From: Ginglymostoma cirratum
Lineage: Eukaryota
DNA length: 64,000 nucleotides
NCBI GenBank assembly: GCA_024137785.1
Contig: JAHRHZ010000085.1
Span: 12,621,210-12,685,209, forward strand
Reading direction: 5' to 3'
The position numbers and the translations under genes are program-made. The notes below the pieces were generated by a model that ran no database searches, was not told where the DNA came from, and saw only the letters and a program-made list of their open reading frames with translations. The number at the start of each line of letters is the position of its first letter. Position 1 is the stretch's first letter. This document shows, piece by piece, positions 47,207-59,841 of the stretch.

Positions 47207-48226
47207 CCGTCATTCTTCTGTATCTGCAAAACTAGTTTTTGTGAATTTTCCTATCCCCAGCAAAAAAAGTTACCAATCAATGTCCATGGGCAAAAATTGT
47301 GTATCCACAACCAATTCCATGGCAACACAAAAATGTTATTATGTGGTGCTCTGTGGACAGCCATACCGTCTCATGGGAGATGCGCCAAAGTGCACAGGTT
47401 GCTTAGTGGGTAGCACTGCTGCCTCACAGCACCAGGGACCCAGGTCCGATTCCACCCTCGGGCGACTGTCTGTGTGGAGTTTCCACGTTCTCCCCCTGTC
47501 TGCGTGGCTTTCCTCCGGGTGCTCCGGTTCCCTCCCACAGTCCAAAGATGTGCAGAATAGGTGAATTGGCCGTGCAAAATTGCCCATAGTGTCCAGGGAT
47601 GTTTAGGTTAGGTGGGTTAGACATGGGGAAATGCAGAGGTAGGGGAATGAGTTGGGGTAGGATGCTCTTTGGAGGGGCAGTGTGGACTTGGACTTGTTTC
47701 CATGCTATAGGGATTCAGTTATTCTATGAATGTAAATGTGGGTGCCTGCTCGCACACCCCCTGCCCCTCCCACTAAGCTTGGATACTCATGGCATCTCTC
47801 TCCTCTTGTTTTGTATCGTTGAAGATAGTTGTACATGTCTCACTCTTGCCATTGTCCCTTTTGTGCTATTGTGATGGCTTCCAGGTGAAGTGGTTGTGCT
47901 AATGTGCCTGAGTACAAGAAGGTGGTGATGAAGCTTACAGAAAAGGTGAAAGTGTTGCAAAGCAGTATGATGGCTGTTACTGTAGGCCATGAGTTCAGCC
48001 TTACTGGGTCTGCTGTGTTCTATAAATATTCTATTTGAGTATTAACATAATCTCAGTAATATTTATTATTGTAAAAAAAAAACAAAAATAGAAGACCAGC
48101 AGACATAATCTTGGAGTCTGGGGACCTAACCCTATTTTTACTATGTTATTAAGCTCTGCCCTTGTGAATTGATCATTCACTGGGGTTTTCAGGAGCGGAA
48201 CCCTTGCAGATACAGAGGAAAGACTG
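47207..48226. mobile_element. Non-autonomous Tigger-like DNA transposon containing a nested HE1 SINE
   Basis: Left TIR CCGTCATTCTTCTGTATCTGCAA vs reverse-complemented right end CAGTCTTTCCTCTGTATCTGCAA (20/23). TA at the right end. Confidence 0.7.
47392..47727 (+). mobile_element. HE1-type SINE
   Basis: Homologous to 284-597 over its length. Confidence 0.88.
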
Positions 48227-49229
48227 TATACCTCTTACAGGCTAGTTAAACATGATTTCCCCTTTAGAAATCTATGCTGACTCATGCACATAAATTCATC
48301 TTTACCCACATGACTACTGATTCTATCCCGAATAATTGTTTCCAAATTTCTTTACTACTGAAGTTAAGCTGATTGGTCTATAATTTACAAAATTGGCCAA
48401 ACAACCCTTTTTTTGAACAAGACCATAGGGTTGGTATTGTTCTGGTTTTCTGGCATCTCCCCGGAGTCCAGGGAAGACTGAAATATTGTGGCCAGGCCTC
48501 TCAGATTTCTACTGATGACCTAAATCCCTGGATGCATCTTGCTCACTCCTGGTGCCTTCTGAACTTGTCAACAATCTATCCAAGACTTTTTCCTTATTAA
48601 TTTTGACCTTTTCTAGTGATAGGGTTTCTTCCTGTAACATCAGGGCCTGGATAGCATCCTCCTCTTTTGTAAAGACAGATAAAAAGCATTCACATAATAC
48701 CACAGCCATGTACTCATCTCTATCTTTGAATCCCCTTTCTGATCCCAGCTCCTTTAACCACTCACTTACTGTTTGCATGCCTATGGAAGGCTTGGAGTTT
48801 CTCTTTCTTATTTGTTGTCTTTTCTTATCGTTCCTCTTTGCTTTTCTTGTTTGTTGTTTCACCATCTCCCTGTCCAACCAAGCCTTCAGTATTCCTGTGA
48901 TTCTCAGTTGTACTTTTTTCCTTACACGTGTCCTAAGAACACCTTTTTTGAACATTAATTTCTACCTGCTTGGTATTTAAGGAAACTCTGGATTTGTTTG
49001 TCCTTCCTTTTACATTAGATGGAATATACCTCGACTGTACCCAAAGCATCTGCTCCTTTGAAGGTGATCCATTGTTCAGTTACGGATCTTCCTGCTAACC
49101 TCTTATTCCAGTCAATCCCGCTGAACTCTGTTCAAGCCCCATTGCTCTCTGCCAGTTGATTCTTCTTGCTCTGGATTGTTGCATGTCATTCGTCATCAAC
49201 CTGAACCTTATGGTAAATGATCACTGCCT

Positions 49230-50450
49230 CTGAAATGTTCCCACCATCAAAATTAAACCAACTGGACTGAGTTACTGGGCTTATCCTTGCAATCTTGAAC
49301 AAGGGTGTAAACTTTGCAATTCTACAGTCTTGTGGCACTATCCTTGTTTCTAAGGATGTTTGGAAGATTATGAACAATATCTGAGTATTTCCCATCATTC
49401 TTTCCATCACTATATTGGATAGATCTTTTCTGAGTGTGATGACTTATTCACCAATTTAATATTTTCTCATTGTCAACTTTTGGACCATCCAGCATCTAAA
49501 GTATCTTCTACTCCCCTGATAACTGGGGGGGCATCTTCTTTCTTAGTATCATAGAATCCCTACTGTCTAGAAGCAGGCCATTCAGCAGGCCATAGAGTCC
49601 ACGCTGACCCTCCAAAGAGCATCTCACCCAGACCCACTCCCTACCCTATCCATGTAACCCTGAATTTTCCATGGCTAATCCATCGAGCCTGCATTTCCCT
49701 GTACACTCTGGGCAATTTAGCGTGGCCAGTCCACCTTACCTGCACTACCTTGGACTGTGGCAGGAAACCAGAACACCCGGAAGAAACCCACGCAGACATG
49801 GGGAGAATTTGCAAACTCCACGCAGACAGTTGCCTGAGGCTGGAACCAAACCAAGGACCCTGGCACTGCGATGCGCTAGTGCTAACCACTGAGGCACTCT
49901 GCTGCCCTATTTGTATTGGAAAAATAATTCTTCAAAGAAAATAATTTCTTGTAGAGTTCCACTGCAAAGTACTTCCTTAGTACCTCAACAGAGTGTCTTC
50001 CCTTCATGCAGGGACCCTTTTTAGGTCACTAATTAGTCCCATTCCTTATTTTTAACTACTGTTTGCAATTTGTATGTCTTTAGAAGGCTTTGCTTCCTTT
50101 TTATGTTAACTAAAAGTCTCCTCTTATTCGCTTCTTGTTTCTCTTTCCCCCTTCATTCATTTTCCTATGAATTTGCTACATTTAGCTTCATTCTCAACTG
50201 CATTAACAGTTTGATGCATGTCAAGTGCACATTTTTCTGCTTCATTTCAACCTTGCTGTATGTTTCTTGCCTTGTGGAAATATGCCTTCTGTAAAGGCAG
50301 TCCCTTGATTAGTTGCAGTTTTCCCTGTCACTCTTTTGGCTTAGGTAAAATGGAATCAAACTATTCCCACCCTATTGATACTAACCCTCCCACAATTATT
50401 GATTTTCATTCTAAATTACTCCACATCCTTTTCCCATGCCGAACCTAAAC
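49230..50450 (-). mobile_element. Old CR1 remnant interrupted by an HE1 SINE
   Basis: ORF 49186..49410 IIFQTSLETRIVPQDCRIAKFTPLFK. Confidence 0.65.
49547..49907 (-). mobile_element. HE1-type SINE, full length
   Basis: Reverse head GGGCAGCAGAGTGCCTCAGTGGTTAGCAC, tail GGGATTCTATGAT. Confidence 0.88.
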
Positions 50451-50639
50451 CTTAAAAGTGGAAAAAATAGTAGTACGTGATTTCGCTACTGGAGTGTGCT
50501 CCACCCTTGTGTATGATTATGGCTGATTGGCTTGTGACCTTCACTCTAGTTTCCTGCTAACTTCAGCCCCCATCTACCACCACTGTTACCACAACTGTTG
50601 AATATTGACTGCTTTGAGATCAAAATCTGTTGAACTTGA

Positions 50640-51090
50640 CCTTTACTGTAGTCATGGCCCAGGTTTCTGTGCTCTTGGGGAAGGGAATTCAAAAGAATAA
50701 TGACACCCTGGGCGCAGAAATTGCTTCTTGTGTCTGCTCAGATGAAAAATATTCTTTTCAGATGGTGTTCCTAGTTCTGGAGGCTCAAGAAAGGAAACAT
50801 TCTCTCAGTTTGTATCTGTCAAGACCTCTTAGAATCTTTATTAGTTTAAACAAGATCCCCTTTCATTCTAAATTCAAAGGAGAATGGATTCATCCTTATA
50901 AAACATGATTAGATTCCTGGGATGAGCCTTCTCTAGACTCCTTCCAATGCAAATATATCCTTCCTTAAGTAAGGAGACCAAAACCCTGCACAATTATTTA
51001 GGTGCTGGCTCAGCAGTGTTGTAACTATTGTGGTAAGGCTTCCCTACTTTTATGCTTAATTCCTTTGTAATAAAGATATATTGCTTGCAG
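50640..51090 (-). mobile_element. CR1 3' fragment
   Basis: CCTTAAGTAAGGAGACCAAAACCCTGCACAA, like 62380-62410. Confidence 0.65.
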
Positions 51091-51344
51091 GTAGAGCACA
51101 TTAACTTTGTCCTCCCTTTGTCCTCCCCCACCCCCTCAGCACTCCAGAATAGTTATGAAGAAGTGTCATACTGGACTTGAAACTTTAACTCTATTTCCCT
51201 CCACAAATGCTGCTAGATTTGCTGAATTATCTGTGTTTGTTGCTTTACTGCTTAGTTGACACCTGTTCCCCAGTCTACCTATCTGTAAGTTGTGGGCTGA
51301 CTAAAAATACTGTTCCCAAGCTTGCAACTTTGTGGAGCTTTTTA

Positions 51345-51852
51345 CCATTTATATAGGAAAGATGTTGTTAAACTTGAGAGAGTGCAGAGAAGATGTGCAA
51401 GGATGTTGCCAGGACTGGAGGGTTTGAGTTATAGTGAGAGGCTGAATAGGCTGGGGCATTGTTCCCCATGGAGAATCGGACACTGCAGGGTGACTTTATA
51501 GAGGTTTATAAAATCATGAGAGAAATGGATAGGGTGAAGAGCCAGAGTAGGGAAGCCCAAAACTAGAGGGCATAGATTTAAGGCGAGTGGGGAAAGATTT
51601 TAAAAACGATTTGAGTGAGTGGTAACTTTATCACCTAGAAGATGGTGCATGTTTGGAATGAGCTGCCAGAGGAAGCGGTGGAGGCTGGTAGAGTTATGAC
51701 ATTTAAAAGGTATCTGGATAGTTACATGAATAGGAAGGATTGAGAAAGATATGGGCCAAATGCTGGCAAATGAGACTAGGTAAGATTGGGGTGTCTGGTC
51801 ATTGCGAATGAGTTCAATTGAAGGGTCTGTTTCCATGCTGTCTGACTCTATT
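51345..51852 (+). mobile_element. CR1 LINE 3' end
   Basis: AGGAAAGATGTTGTTAAACTTGAGAGAGTGCAGAGAAG through GGGTCTGTTTCCATGCTGTCTGACTCTA. Confidence 0.85.
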
Positions 51853-52139
51853 TACTGTTCTTTGATAATTAATTTTTGCTGTCTGGATTTGTAATTTTTC
51901 CAGTCAATCATAAAGCCCCACATGTACCAATGTAACATTTCTTGCTTATTTTCAATGCTGTTTGGCAGCGTGAGGGAAATTCGTGCTTAGTTCGGAGTGG
52001 CGTGGTAGTGCTTCTTACAACTAGCCAGTAAACTATGATTTTCTTTCCGTTTTTATTTATGATTTTCAATTAGCTAGTACACATTGGCTGTGCTGGAGAG
52101 ATGTGGGACACTTCTAAACTGTTTATTCTCTCAAAACAG

Positions 52140-52325
52140 GATGTACATTCACAGGGAGAAGTAGTCTCCTGTTTGGAAAAGGCTTTAGTGAGTGAAGACA
52201 AGGCGATTTCTGATAACTGTAAGAAGGCCATCCTGCGTGTAGCGGAACTCTCTTCAGATGATTTCCACCTTGACAGACATCTGTACTTTTCCTGCCGAGA
52301 TGATCGAGAGCGCTTCTGTGAAGAT
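52140..52325 (+). CDS. GLG1: GLG1 coding exon (exon 5 equivalent), 186 nt, DVHSQGEVVSCLEKAL...AILRVAELSSDDFHLDRHLYFSCRDDRERFCED
   Basis: Acceptor tctctcaaaacAG, donor GTAAGT at 52326. Characteristic GLG1 motif AILRVAELSSDDFHLDRHLYF. Confidence 0.97.
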
Positions 52326-53176
52326 GTAAGTTCGTGTTTCAGTTGCTTGATTTTTACACATTGAGGACATGGCACTCTGAAATAAAAACCTGAGGGGGAA
52401 GGTACTATAACTGTGGTCCCATTGAATAATTTACTTAGTCCAAGTAAACTAAGATTACTTGGCTGGAAAAATGTTTAAGTTTGAAGTGGAGCTGTGATGA
52501 CTTTGAGGGAGGGAAAAATTTTGCATCATCCACACTGGAAGTCAAATTAAAATATTTTTGTTTTCAGGGATTCTTCACTTTTTCTCAGGTGCTACTTTTT
52601 TGCACTGTCCAACCCATTTATTAGGTGATGCAGTCTTATTCATAATACAGTATAATAATGCAATATGAGAAGAAAATGCTGATTAGTTGGCAAATGGACT
52701 TTGGATGATAGAGGTATTGTCAGGGAAGGCCCCAGTTAGATAATGACTGACAGTTAATTTTAGACACAGCTTGGTTGTTAAACCAGGCACGATGACTGAG
52801 TGGTCAGAAGAATGAGAGAATAGCTGTCACCTGTTTTATTGAGTTGAACTTCAGTGGCAGTGTGGTGCTTATGTAATTCATACATTCCAAAGACTGGCAC
52901 AATGGTAGATGCCCCCACCATGGACCGGCAGCTGGAGCACCTGGATCTAGTAGAAAGCTTCTTCTGAACTTGATTTGAGGGTGGCTCATGCATCTCCATA
53001 TGTAATACGCTTCATGCTCCCTGACTCTGCCTTCAGCTCCCAGCTCCCCAGTTCCGAGGGAGTGACTGTCATGCAACATGCATGTGCAAGCGCACACAAC
53101 CTGGAAAGAAAAAAAAAAGAGTAAAAGATCAAATGATTCTCAGAGTCTTTAATCCTTTTCTCTTCACATAAGTTGG

Positions 53177-53345
53177 TGGTCTCGTGGCTCAGTGATTAGC
53201 ACTGCTGCATCTTAGCCAGGGACCTGGGTTCAATTCCAGCCTTAGGTGAGTGTCTGTCTGGAGTTTGCACGTTCTCCTACAACCTGCATGGGTTTCTGCT
53301 GGATGCTCCGTTTTCTTCCTACAGTCCAAAGATGTGCAGGTTAAG
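53177..53345 (+). mobile_element. HE1-type SINE 5' half
   Basis: GTGGCTCAGTGATTAGCACTGCTGC...GGGTTCAATTCC...TCCAAAGATGTGCAGGTTA. Confidence 0.82.
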
Positions 53346-54423
53346 TCTGTCTTGCTGTGTTTTATAATGCCTCTGCAATTATGCCACCAACAAATTCCAC
53401 CAAGGTTAATCTGTTGAGTTCAAGCTAACAACTTTTATTGTCCTTTGGATTTTCCTTGCTGTTATTTAGGTAGCATCCTGGAGATGAATTCTTGAAACAT
53501 AATAGCTGAAAAGCAACAGAGCAGAGAGTATTTACTGAGGCCCTGCTATGAATTATGTAACCAGTTTAAATGTATAGCAAGGAGGAAAATCAGCCGCCAA
53601 AAGGGAGGAAATAGATGGCCACCCGGTGTCGTGTCTTGCCTTGCCTTGGAATGAATCGGTGGGAGGAAGCAGCTGACACAGCAAGGGGATTGGTTGTCGC
53701 TTCTAAAAACTAAGGTTCAACGCAGGGCAATTTGCCCTTGCACTGTGCAGAAACTATGGATGTCAGCAGTGTGTGCGCAAATAAATAAATCCTGTTATCA
53801 TGACATCAGCAAAAGGACAAATGCATCCTGAAGTCTGTTGTGGCCAGCTAACGTCATGGCCCTGTTTGCGCATGTGCAGGAGCTGGTGATCTTTATGAAT
53901 TTTGTCATTTGAAGAAGTTTTACTCCATTGTACTTGTAATTACTGCTGAAAGTTTCTTGAGCTGTAGTCAGCTTTCAACTAATGTGACATGTAGCAGTTA
54001 TTTTATTCCATAAAAGTCCATTTTATAATTTAACACATTATAGCCTACAGCACAACTTATGATTTCTGTTGTGGACCTGACAAGCTATTCACATATTTCA
54101 ACTTCCTGGTCTTTTCCCCTATGCCTTTCAAAACACTTCCTGTGAAACAGGTTTGCAAGTGTAAATAACTTGGAGATAATGGTACCATTTTGGGGGCTTT
54201 ACGTGTGGAAAAGCAGGAGATCTTCTACTTGCAGAATCTGGATTCTGCATATAGCTAACGTCACATGGCTGAGCTTTAAATAACTTTGTTATTGAATAAA
54301 GATTGCCTTAACTCATGAGCAAGTAACTTCCTGGAGACTACATGTTTGGACCTATCTGCTCAATGATCATGCTTTGGGAGCAAGAATCTGTGATAATTAT
54401 GACTTTGGAAGGTTGCAGGTGGA

Positions 54424-54771
54424 CATAGAATCCCCACAGTGCGCAAACAGGCCATTTGGCCCATCAGGTCCACACTGCCCTGAGCATCCCACCTAGACCC
54501 ACACTCCCACCTATCCCTGTAACCCTGCATTTCCCATGGCTTATTCAGCTAGCCTGCACAAAATAAAATACTGAGGCAATTTAGCATGACCAATCCACCT
54601 AACCTGCACATCTTTGGACTGTGGGAGGAATCCAGAGCACCTGGAGGAAATCCATGTGGTCATGAGGAGAATATGCAAACTCTACACAGACAGTTGTCTG
54701 AGTCTGTAATCAAATCTGGGTCCCTGGCTCTGTGAGGCAGCAGTGATAATCACGGAGGCACCAAGCTGCCC
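54424..54771 (-). mobile_element. HE1-type SINE
   Basis: Reverse complement of the 284-597 family. Confidence 0.85.
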
Positions 54772-54779
54772 AACATGGC

Positions 54780-56178
54780 ATGTGATGATGTTTGGAATCA
54801 TCAGTGTTTATGCTTCAATTTAATTAATGTTTTTGGCATTCTTCGAAGAAGTAACTTGAGCTCTACTGTAACAGGGGACCATTGGATGTATCAAGCTTTG
54901 GTTTCCCGACGGCACCTTGATAAGATACCACATCAAAGCTTATTGAGGAAAATAGAAGCTAAAGGCATTGGGGCTAACTTCTTGGCATGAATAATAGATT
55001 GGTTGGCTAACAGGAAGGAGAATAGAAAAAATTGGGTCATTTTCAGGCTGGCATGATGTCATGAGTGATGTGCACAGAGGTTGGTGTTGGGGTCTCAACT
55101 CTTTACAGTTTATATAAATGACTTGGTGGAGGGACTGAAGGTATTCCAGATAAATTCGCTGATGAGACACAGGTAGAAAAGTGAGTTGTGACAAAGACAT
55201 AAGCAGCTTACAAAGGGACATCACAGAATTAGGGAATTGTTACAGTGCAGAAGGAGGCCATTTAGCACATTGCAGCTCCACCACTCACTGAATGAACGTC
55301 ATTACGTGTTGCCAATTCCGTGATTTTTGCCCATAACCTTGCACAGTATTGCTATCTAACTAATCATCCAATGATGTGGATAGGTTAAGTGAGTGAGCAA
55401 AGATCTGGCAAATGGACTATAATGTGGGAAGGTGTGAAGTTGTCCATTTTGGTAGAAAGAGTAAAAGAAGCATGTTATCTAAATGGTGAGAGGCTGCAGA
55501 GCTCTGAGATGCAGTTTGTTCCAGGTGTCCTCATGCATGAAGTGGCACAGGTTAGTGTGTAGGTGCAGTGCATAATCGGGAAAGCTGATAGGATGTTATG
55601 GTTTATTGCAATGGGAATTGAATGCAAGAGGAGAGATGTTATACAGGGTGTTGGTAAGGCTGCATCAGGAGTTGTGTGTAGTACTGGTCACTGTACTCAT
55701 AGAAGGATGTTAATCTGGGAGTAGTTCAGAAAATGTTTGCTGGACTGATGTCTGGAATAAACAGAAGGCCTTATGAGGATAGGCTTGTACCCTTTGGTGT
55801 TGGAGGTGACTTAATTGAAACATGCAAGATACGGCATGGACGACCAGGTGTTTGTGGAACAGTGTTTCCTCTTGTACAATCTAGAATGTAAACTTACTTA
55901 ATTAAAGGGAGGTTGGGCGTGGAATCTGTTAAAAACATGGAAGAGGAAATATTTTTTCCTCTGAGAGCTGAATGTCTTTGGAATCCTCTTACTGAAAAGA
56001 CAGAGGATGCAGAATCTTTTTAAGACTAAGGTAGATTCTTCGTTTCCAAGGGAATGAAAGATTGTTCGGGATATGCAGGAAGGTAGAGTTGAGGTTAAAA
56101 TGAAGTTAGCCATGATTTTATTGAATGCTGGAGCAGTCTGAAAGGGCCAAGTGGTCTACTCTTCCTTATTCATATGTT
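54780..56178 (+). mobile_element. CR1 LINE RT/3' remnant with a nested reverse tail fragment (about 55222-55374)
   Basis: LDKIPHQSLLRKI, AAATTCGCTGATGAGACAC, AATGTGGGAAGGTGTGAAGTTGTCCATTTTGG, and a tail at 56100-56178. Confidence 0.82.
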
Positions 56179-57004
56179 GCATGACTGCACTCATCAGGAT
56201 CTTATAAAATGACATTGTGCCTGGCTTCAAAACTGGAAAATCCTATGTTGAAAGTACTTGGAATATAAAGTGCAGAAACAGCCTTTCAGCCCATATGGTC
56301 GATGTTGGCTCCATGTTTATGTTCATGCTCCACTCGAACCTCCTTTCCCTTTTTATCATCAAATTATATTGACACTGTTTACTATTTCTTTCTGTCATGT
56401 ATTTATTGACCTTCGCCTTGCAATGCTTTTGTGCTTTTCGCATCACTTAGTCCTTGTGGTAACAAATTCCACATTCTAACCCCTCTTTGAAGAAATAAAT
56501 TACTTCTGAATTTCCTATTAGATTCATTAATGATGGTTTATGGCTACTAGTTTTGGTGTTTTCTCACAAATTGAAACATCATTTCTACATCTACACCATC
56601 AAACCCATCAATAACAACACTTCTCCTTCAAGTGGCTTCTCTAAATCAACAAACTCACCGTTACTGATGGGTAGAACCTCTCCATTCTGATGTTTGAATA
56701 CATTTGTTTGCACCTTCTCTGATACATTCATATTTTTTACATAATATGGAGACCAGAACTGAGCATTGTATTCCACTGTGATCTAACCAAGGTTCTGCAC
56801 AGTTTAATGTAATTTCTCTGACTTTCAATTCTCCGTCTCTAGAATTGTAATCCGATGCTGCGGTTTGCATTTTGAAAGCTTTATTAAGCTGTCTTGCTTA
56901 TTTTGTTTTATAAACAAAATAAACGTTGGGATAAAGGAAAATTTAGAAAATATGGTTAGTTTTAAGAAGGGCCTTAAATGCAGGTGTTTTGGGATTTTCT
57001 TTGT

Positions 57005-57341
57005 TTATTCTTTCATGGGGTATAGGCACTGCTGGCTAGGCCAGCTTCTGTTCAATTGGGTGGCTTGCTCATCCACATCACCGTGGATCTAGAGTCACAT
57101 GTAGTGTAGAATCTGCCAAATGGAAGGTTGCCTGGTTAAGAGCATTTGTGGACAAGATGGGTTTTACTACTCTTGATGGCAGAAATGCAAGTATTACTGA
57201 CACACGCTTTTAATTCCAGATTTATTAGTTGAATTTAAGTTCCACTACCTGCCGTGGTGGGATATGAACGTATGGCACTAGAGTATTAGCCTGGCTTCTG
57301 GATTACTCGACTTGTGATAATGCCACTACAGCCCCACCTTC
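57005..57341 (-). mobile_element. tRNA-derived SINE (family 2)
   Basis: Homologous to 43588-43932. Confidence 0.7.
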
Positions 57342-57799
57342 CCTAATAGAGACAACAGAGCTGGAAATGGTGGAGTGAGAGATGGGGCTAATTGCTGATT
57401 TTGAGAGCTATAAGAAGACAATGGATTAAATTCTGTTGTGCAGTTTCTCATCTTGCACTTGTTGTGGATGAGGGCAGGGGAAAAAGTAAAAGATAATCTG
57501 ATAAGACGCTCGATTGGGTGATACATTATAATTTATTAAAATTGAGCATTGACAATATGTTGAAGCTGATATAACTGGAAATGCTGCAGGACATGGATAT
57601 ATTTTACGTGTGGTTGTCAAATCTGGGAGTCAGTACATGCAAGGCCTGGATGCAAACTATTGACACGATACTTCTCAAAATAAAAGATTTCAGTACAAAT
57701 TGTTAAAATTAATTCTGACAAATTTAATTGGTCTTGATTTCCCTTAAGAACCAAAAGTTAATGTTGAACGCTCCCTTAAATTAGAGGTACCCATTTGCC

Positions 57800-58545
57800 A
57801 AGGAACATTTACACCACCCAAATGCCAGGCAATGACCATCTTCAGAAAGGGATGACCTAGCCGCTGCACCTTGACATCAAATGGTGTTACCATCACTGAA
57901 TCTGTCATGATCAACATCTCTATGGTTACCATTGACCAGAAACTCGACTGGACTAGCCAAATAAATAGTGGCTGCAAGAGCATGTGAAAGACTAGGAATA
58001 TCATGTGAGTTACTTGTTACCTGACTCCCCAAAACCTGTCCACCATCGACAAAGCACAAGTCGGGAGTCAGATCAAATACTCCTCATTTGCCTGGATGAT
58101 TGCAGCCCTAACAATATTAAAGAAGCTTGACACCATCCAGGACAAAGAAACCCAATTGATATGCGCCATATCTACAAGCATCTGCTCCCTACACTGACTC
58201 TCAGGAGCAGCAATATGTAATATCTACAAGATGCACTGCAGAAATTCATCCAAGATCCTTGGATAGATCCTTCCAAACCCACAGCCACTTCAATCTCGAA
58301 GGAGGAGGGCAGCAGATGCTTGGGAACACCACCCTGCAAGTTTCCCTCCAAGCCACTCCTCATCCAGAATTGGAAAAATATTGCTTCACTGTTGCTGAGT
58401 CAAAATCCTAGAATTTCCTCCCTGTCAGCATTGTGGGTCTACCTAGAGAATATGGACTGCTGCGGCTCAAGAAGGTCACTCACCACCACATTCTCAAGGG
58501 CATAAATGCTGTCCAGGCAGCAATACCAATTTCTCAGGAGTGAAT
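57800..58545 (+). mobile_element. L2-like LINE 3' part
   Basis: Collinear with 23540-25483 and the reverse of 29420-31200. Ends CATAAATGCTG...GTGAATAAA. Confidence 0.82.
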
Positions 58546-59841
58546 AAACTTTAAGAAGTTAGGATCAGAGTACTGAAAGATTGATAATATAAGATATTAA
58601 TTCCTAAGGAAGTGAATGTGGGATACCTATGTGTATTGTTTAAACTTCTTTATGTATCAACTATGTTCTCATCAATATTAAACCTGGGAAATAACCGGAT
58701 ATCTTGCATGCCCTTCTTAAACTGCTACTTGTGCCGCACATTTACTTCCTTTCCAGATTTTCCAGCTTAATTGATTTGTTTCAATTAATTATTGTCAACT
58801 ATGTTGGGGAGTTCTTGGAACTCTGCATAATTGTGCACTTTTTTGCAAATTCCAGTTTCTTTGTGAAGGGATTCATATATTTAAATTAATGCTCAGTGGT
58901 CAATAAATTCGTTTTACTTGGTGGTGATGTTGCTGGGGTGGATTGAAAATAAATATCCCATAGAACATCAGTGACTTTTGAAGCAAGTCTCCATGAGGAG
59001 GGATGGTGGATGGAAGAGGAAAATATCAAGCTCACTGGAAGAAGTACACCCACTATTTACAGCACAAGGCAATCTATTTCCAACAATTTGGAACTGTTAA
59101 TCAGCCAATTGGTAGCAATAAATCACTGTTTCTGGTAACAATCCTTCATTCTGATACCGGGTTAATTTATTCATGATTGTGGAGGCATACTCCATGTGTG
59201 AATTAGTTCAGCTTTTCTTTATCAACAAATTTACAAAGCACTTTTCCAAAGCATTGCTTCAGCTATTGTTTCTTGAATGCTATTCCTCTGTTTCTTTATC
59301 TTGAGAAGTGGACATGGTGATCTGAGATGACCAGATGTTAGGTCGGAAGGAGAAGAGCAGTGATGTATATTTCCGATGTGGATGCATTTCCATTCTGTCT
59401 GTCTTGATGACCTGTGGTAACCATTGTAGATAGGAATAATGTGTCATGTTTAACCTTTTGCAATGTTGTGCTGATTGTTCAACCTGCTAGAGTGGTATCT
59501 GAAATTTTAGTCCTCTCTAGCCTGTAGTTCAGAATATCAGCTTTGGGTGATAGGAGTTCTGAAAGATCTCTGGTAACACTTTGAATTATATGTTGAAAAC
59601 AAAGCCCAAACCATTGAAACCAAAACCATTTGTTCAAAAAACACGATTCTTAAGCAACCAGGATAATGCAACAATAACTTGGATTTAGATAGTGCGAGGA
59701 GTCCTGCTTATTTATCAACTGCAGTTTCTTCTCGGTTTCATCTGTAAGAACCGTATTTAGTCATAGTTTGCACCTTTGGGGTTCAGCTTTGCAGTACATT
59801 TCACTGTCAGTCACTGACGTTCCATTTTGTTGACTCTATAG

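Larger units (their letters stand above)
46960..49185 (-). mobile_element. CR1 LINE remnant (about 46960-47205 and 48229-49185) split by a DNA transposon
   Basis: Reverse RT motifs (TATCAAACACCTTCTG, CATGATTTCCCCTTTAGAAATCTATGCTGACT) continue across the insertion. ORF 48509..48955 contains FLSVFTKEE. Confidence 0.75.
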
